Shown: one piece after another, positions 23,429 through 25,461 of the stretch | Numbering within the stretch: the first letter of the stretch is position 1 | Layout of the letters: the number at the start of each line of letters is the position of its first letter | From: Vicugna vicugna | Taxonomy: Eukaryota | Reading direction: 5' to 3' | Length of the DNA: 25,461 nt | NCBI GenBank assembly: GCA_013265495.1 | Contig: MU058718.1 | Location: 3,920,081 to 3,945,541 of the forward strand | Notes under the pieces: generated by a model | The model's input: only the letters and a program-made list of their open reading frames with translations | The model's database searches: none | Told to the model about the DNA's origin: nothing | Program-made: the position numbers and the translations under genes

Positions 23429-24243
23429 TCTACAAAGGAAGCTAGTTCGCATGGTAACTAGTGGTGCAAGATTGAATGTTTTCCAACTAAGATCAGTAAA
23501 AAGGATGCCTGCTCTCACCACTCCTATTTGATATTACACTAGAGGATGTACCAAGTTCAATAAGGCAAGAAAAAGAAAACTCTCCCTATTTGCGGATGCC
23601 ACGATTGTCTACACAGAAAACTCCAAGGAATTTACAAAAACCTTCCAGAACTTGAGAGAAAACATCCAGATGGCAAATTAGCATATGAAAAACTGCTCAA
23701 TGTTTGTCAATTGAAAATTAAACCCACAAGCAACCACTCACCCACCTTTTAGAATGGCTGAATCAAAAGAACTGAAATACCAAGGGATGGCAAAGATGTA
23801 GAGTCATTGGAACATTGCTGGCTGGAATGTAAAATGGTACAATAACTTTGGAAAACATTTTGGCAATTACTTACAACATATACTTAACGTATGACCCAGC
23901 AATACTCCTCCTAAGTATTATTTTCCCAAGAGAAATGAAAACAGTATGTTCACACAAAAGACCACGCATGAATGTTTATAGTGGCTTGGTTTATAATCAC
24001 CAAAACTGGAAACAAGTTAAATGTCCTTTAACTGGGAATGGATAAACAGTGGTTTATCCGTACAATGGAACACCCCTCAGTAATAAAAAGGAATAACTAC
24101 TGATAAACACAGGGATTGAATCTCAACTATATTATGTTAAATGAAAGCTTAGCTTCAAAAAGTTACATAACATGTAATTCCATTTACATGACATTCTGGA
24201 AGAGGCAAAGCTATAGAGACAGAAAACACACCAGTGGTTGCCA
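23429..24243 (+). mobile_element. Continuation of the old L1: RT remnant, internal deletion, then 3' region
   Basis: Encodes GCLLSPLLF (23503-23529) and LFADATIVY (23586-23612, catalytic FADD decayed). Then 'tatgacccagcaatactcctcctaagta' and 'ggcaaagctatagagacagaaaac'. Confidence 0.85.
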
Positions 24244-24809
24244 TTTGCATACAATTTCTAAGAGGTTCACAGACCACCACTAGGCCATCCCTGGCCCCAT
24301 CTGAATGCCACTCCATTTTCAAGGCAGCCACCAATCCCTCTCCTCCCAGCTCCAGCTTCTTCCTGAATCGTATTCAGATTTATGTTTAATGGCATTCTGC
24401 TTGGCACCGGATTGGTCCCTGTTTCATAGACAGGATGCTAATTTTCTCTCTTCAGGTACTGCTTCCAGGGCAAACACCCAACCCAATGCTGGGCATTTGG
24501 AATGGGATAGATGGTAAAGTACTGAGGTAATATGTCCAGTGTCAAATTGCCTATTTTCGTAATTCCCACATCCATTAACTTTCCACCATTTCAAGTAGGA
24601 GCCAGTTGGGAGAAGGATGGAAATAAGAAACATAAAACAAGGCAGGCTCTGTAATCCTCCATCTCCCACATTATAAGGCCCAGCTAGAGTGGAAGTCAAT
24701 GACCAAGGACCCTCGCCCCGCTGCCACTCCCAAGCTAGTGGGGGAAAGTGCTGACTTGAACAGATTTCATAGTACCGTCCTCTTCCTCTTTTCCTCTCTC
24801 CCCTTCTCT

Positions 24810-24955
24810 CATTTATTCATCGTCCATTCAGTCATTTATTGTCTGCTACAGCATTGATGAGGACAGACACAGAAACTGCCCTCAAGGCGTTTACAGTTTA
24901 GCGGGAAATACAGGGGAGTAATCACAGTTATTACACGGTGTGGTACTGGCTCCGT
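24810..24955 (-). mobile_element. L2 3' end at the CpG-island shore
   Basis: 'catttattcatc...cattcagtcatttatt...ctgccctcaaggcgtttacagtttagcggg' matches the reverse L2 tail. Confidence 0.6.
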
Positions 24956-24959
24956 GAGC

Positions 24960-25461
24960 CTGGGGGTGGGGGTCGCTTAGCGCAGGCGTCTTCCCGGCGG
25001 ACTCTGCCAGAGCTGCGTTTTTCACGACTTGCAGGAGTTTGCAGTCGTGCAGGCCTCCTCTCCCGGCAGAGGAACGTGCAGAGACCCTCGCCCACTGTCG
25101 GAACAGCTCCTCTCGGGCCCCGAGGGCCGCCGGCCCGGGCCCTTCCCCGCAGCAAGGACGGCGGTCTGTCCCGGAGGGAGGCCGGGACGCGGCGGCCCCG
25201 CCCAGGCCGGCCTGGGGCGGGGGCCGGTTCCCATAGGGATCGCGGGCCGGCTGGCGGCGACCGAGCGGGACGAGAGCCGGCGAGGCGCGAGCGAGGTCAG
25301 GCCCGGCAGCCGCGGCGCCGGGAGTCCCGGGCGGGGAGAGAGGCGCGGGCCGGGCCGCCACGTGGCGCTGCTCGAGGCTGCGCGGCGCGGGCCCGGGCGC
25401 GGGTGGGAAGCCGCGGCGGCGCTGCCGGGTCTCCCTGTGGCGGCGGCGGCGGCGGGGCGGG
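24960..25461. promoter_or_regulatory. CpG island promoter, truncated by the window end; probably CDKL1 by synteny
   Basis: Very high GC and CpG density. GC box GGGGCGGGGG at 25214-25223, CACGTG E-box at 25359-25364 and (GGC)n near 25439-25454. Gene identity is inferred only from recalled human gene order (CDKL1 lies co-directionally downstream of MAP4K5); no CDKL1 coding sequence is in the window. Confidence 0.85.

Noticed and set aside
24891..25361. 156-aa Pro/Gly/Ala/Arg-rich ORF and overlapping ORFs
   Set aside because: Typical stop-poor CpG-island frames with no recognisable domain.
1..25461. Novel multi-gene system, CRISPR array, operon or intact retrotransposon
   Set aside because: This is eukaryotic intron, UTR and intergenic DNA. 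There are no regularly spaced repeats, and all element ORFs are truncated or decayed (RT motif FADD changed to FADA).

Overview
Mammalian genomic DNA, almost certainly from a camelid (camel, alpaca or llama), because it carries three copies of the camelid tRNA-derived Vic-1-type SINE. On the + strand the window contains the last two coding exons of MAP4K5 (31-86 and 2452-2539, C-terminus ...[47 protein letters not shown]) and its AU-rich 3' UTR to about 4055. About 21 kb of repeat-dense intergenic DNA follows: a near-complete HAL1, several old and one young L1, ERVL/MaLR solo LTRs, MIRs, L2 ends and microsatellites. The window ends inside a CpG island that, by recalled human gene order, is probably the CDKL1 promoter. 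None of the ORFs in the supplied track looks like a real gene. I did not find a credible novel multi-gene biological system. The most interesting items are regulatory or structural: alternative polyadenylation around an ARE, an RFX X-box candidate in the CpG island, two repeat-free blocks with enhancer- or promoter-like features, a SINE-head fold-back hairpin and a long purine tract. Repeat subfamily names come from recalled consensus sequences and their boundaries are approximate.
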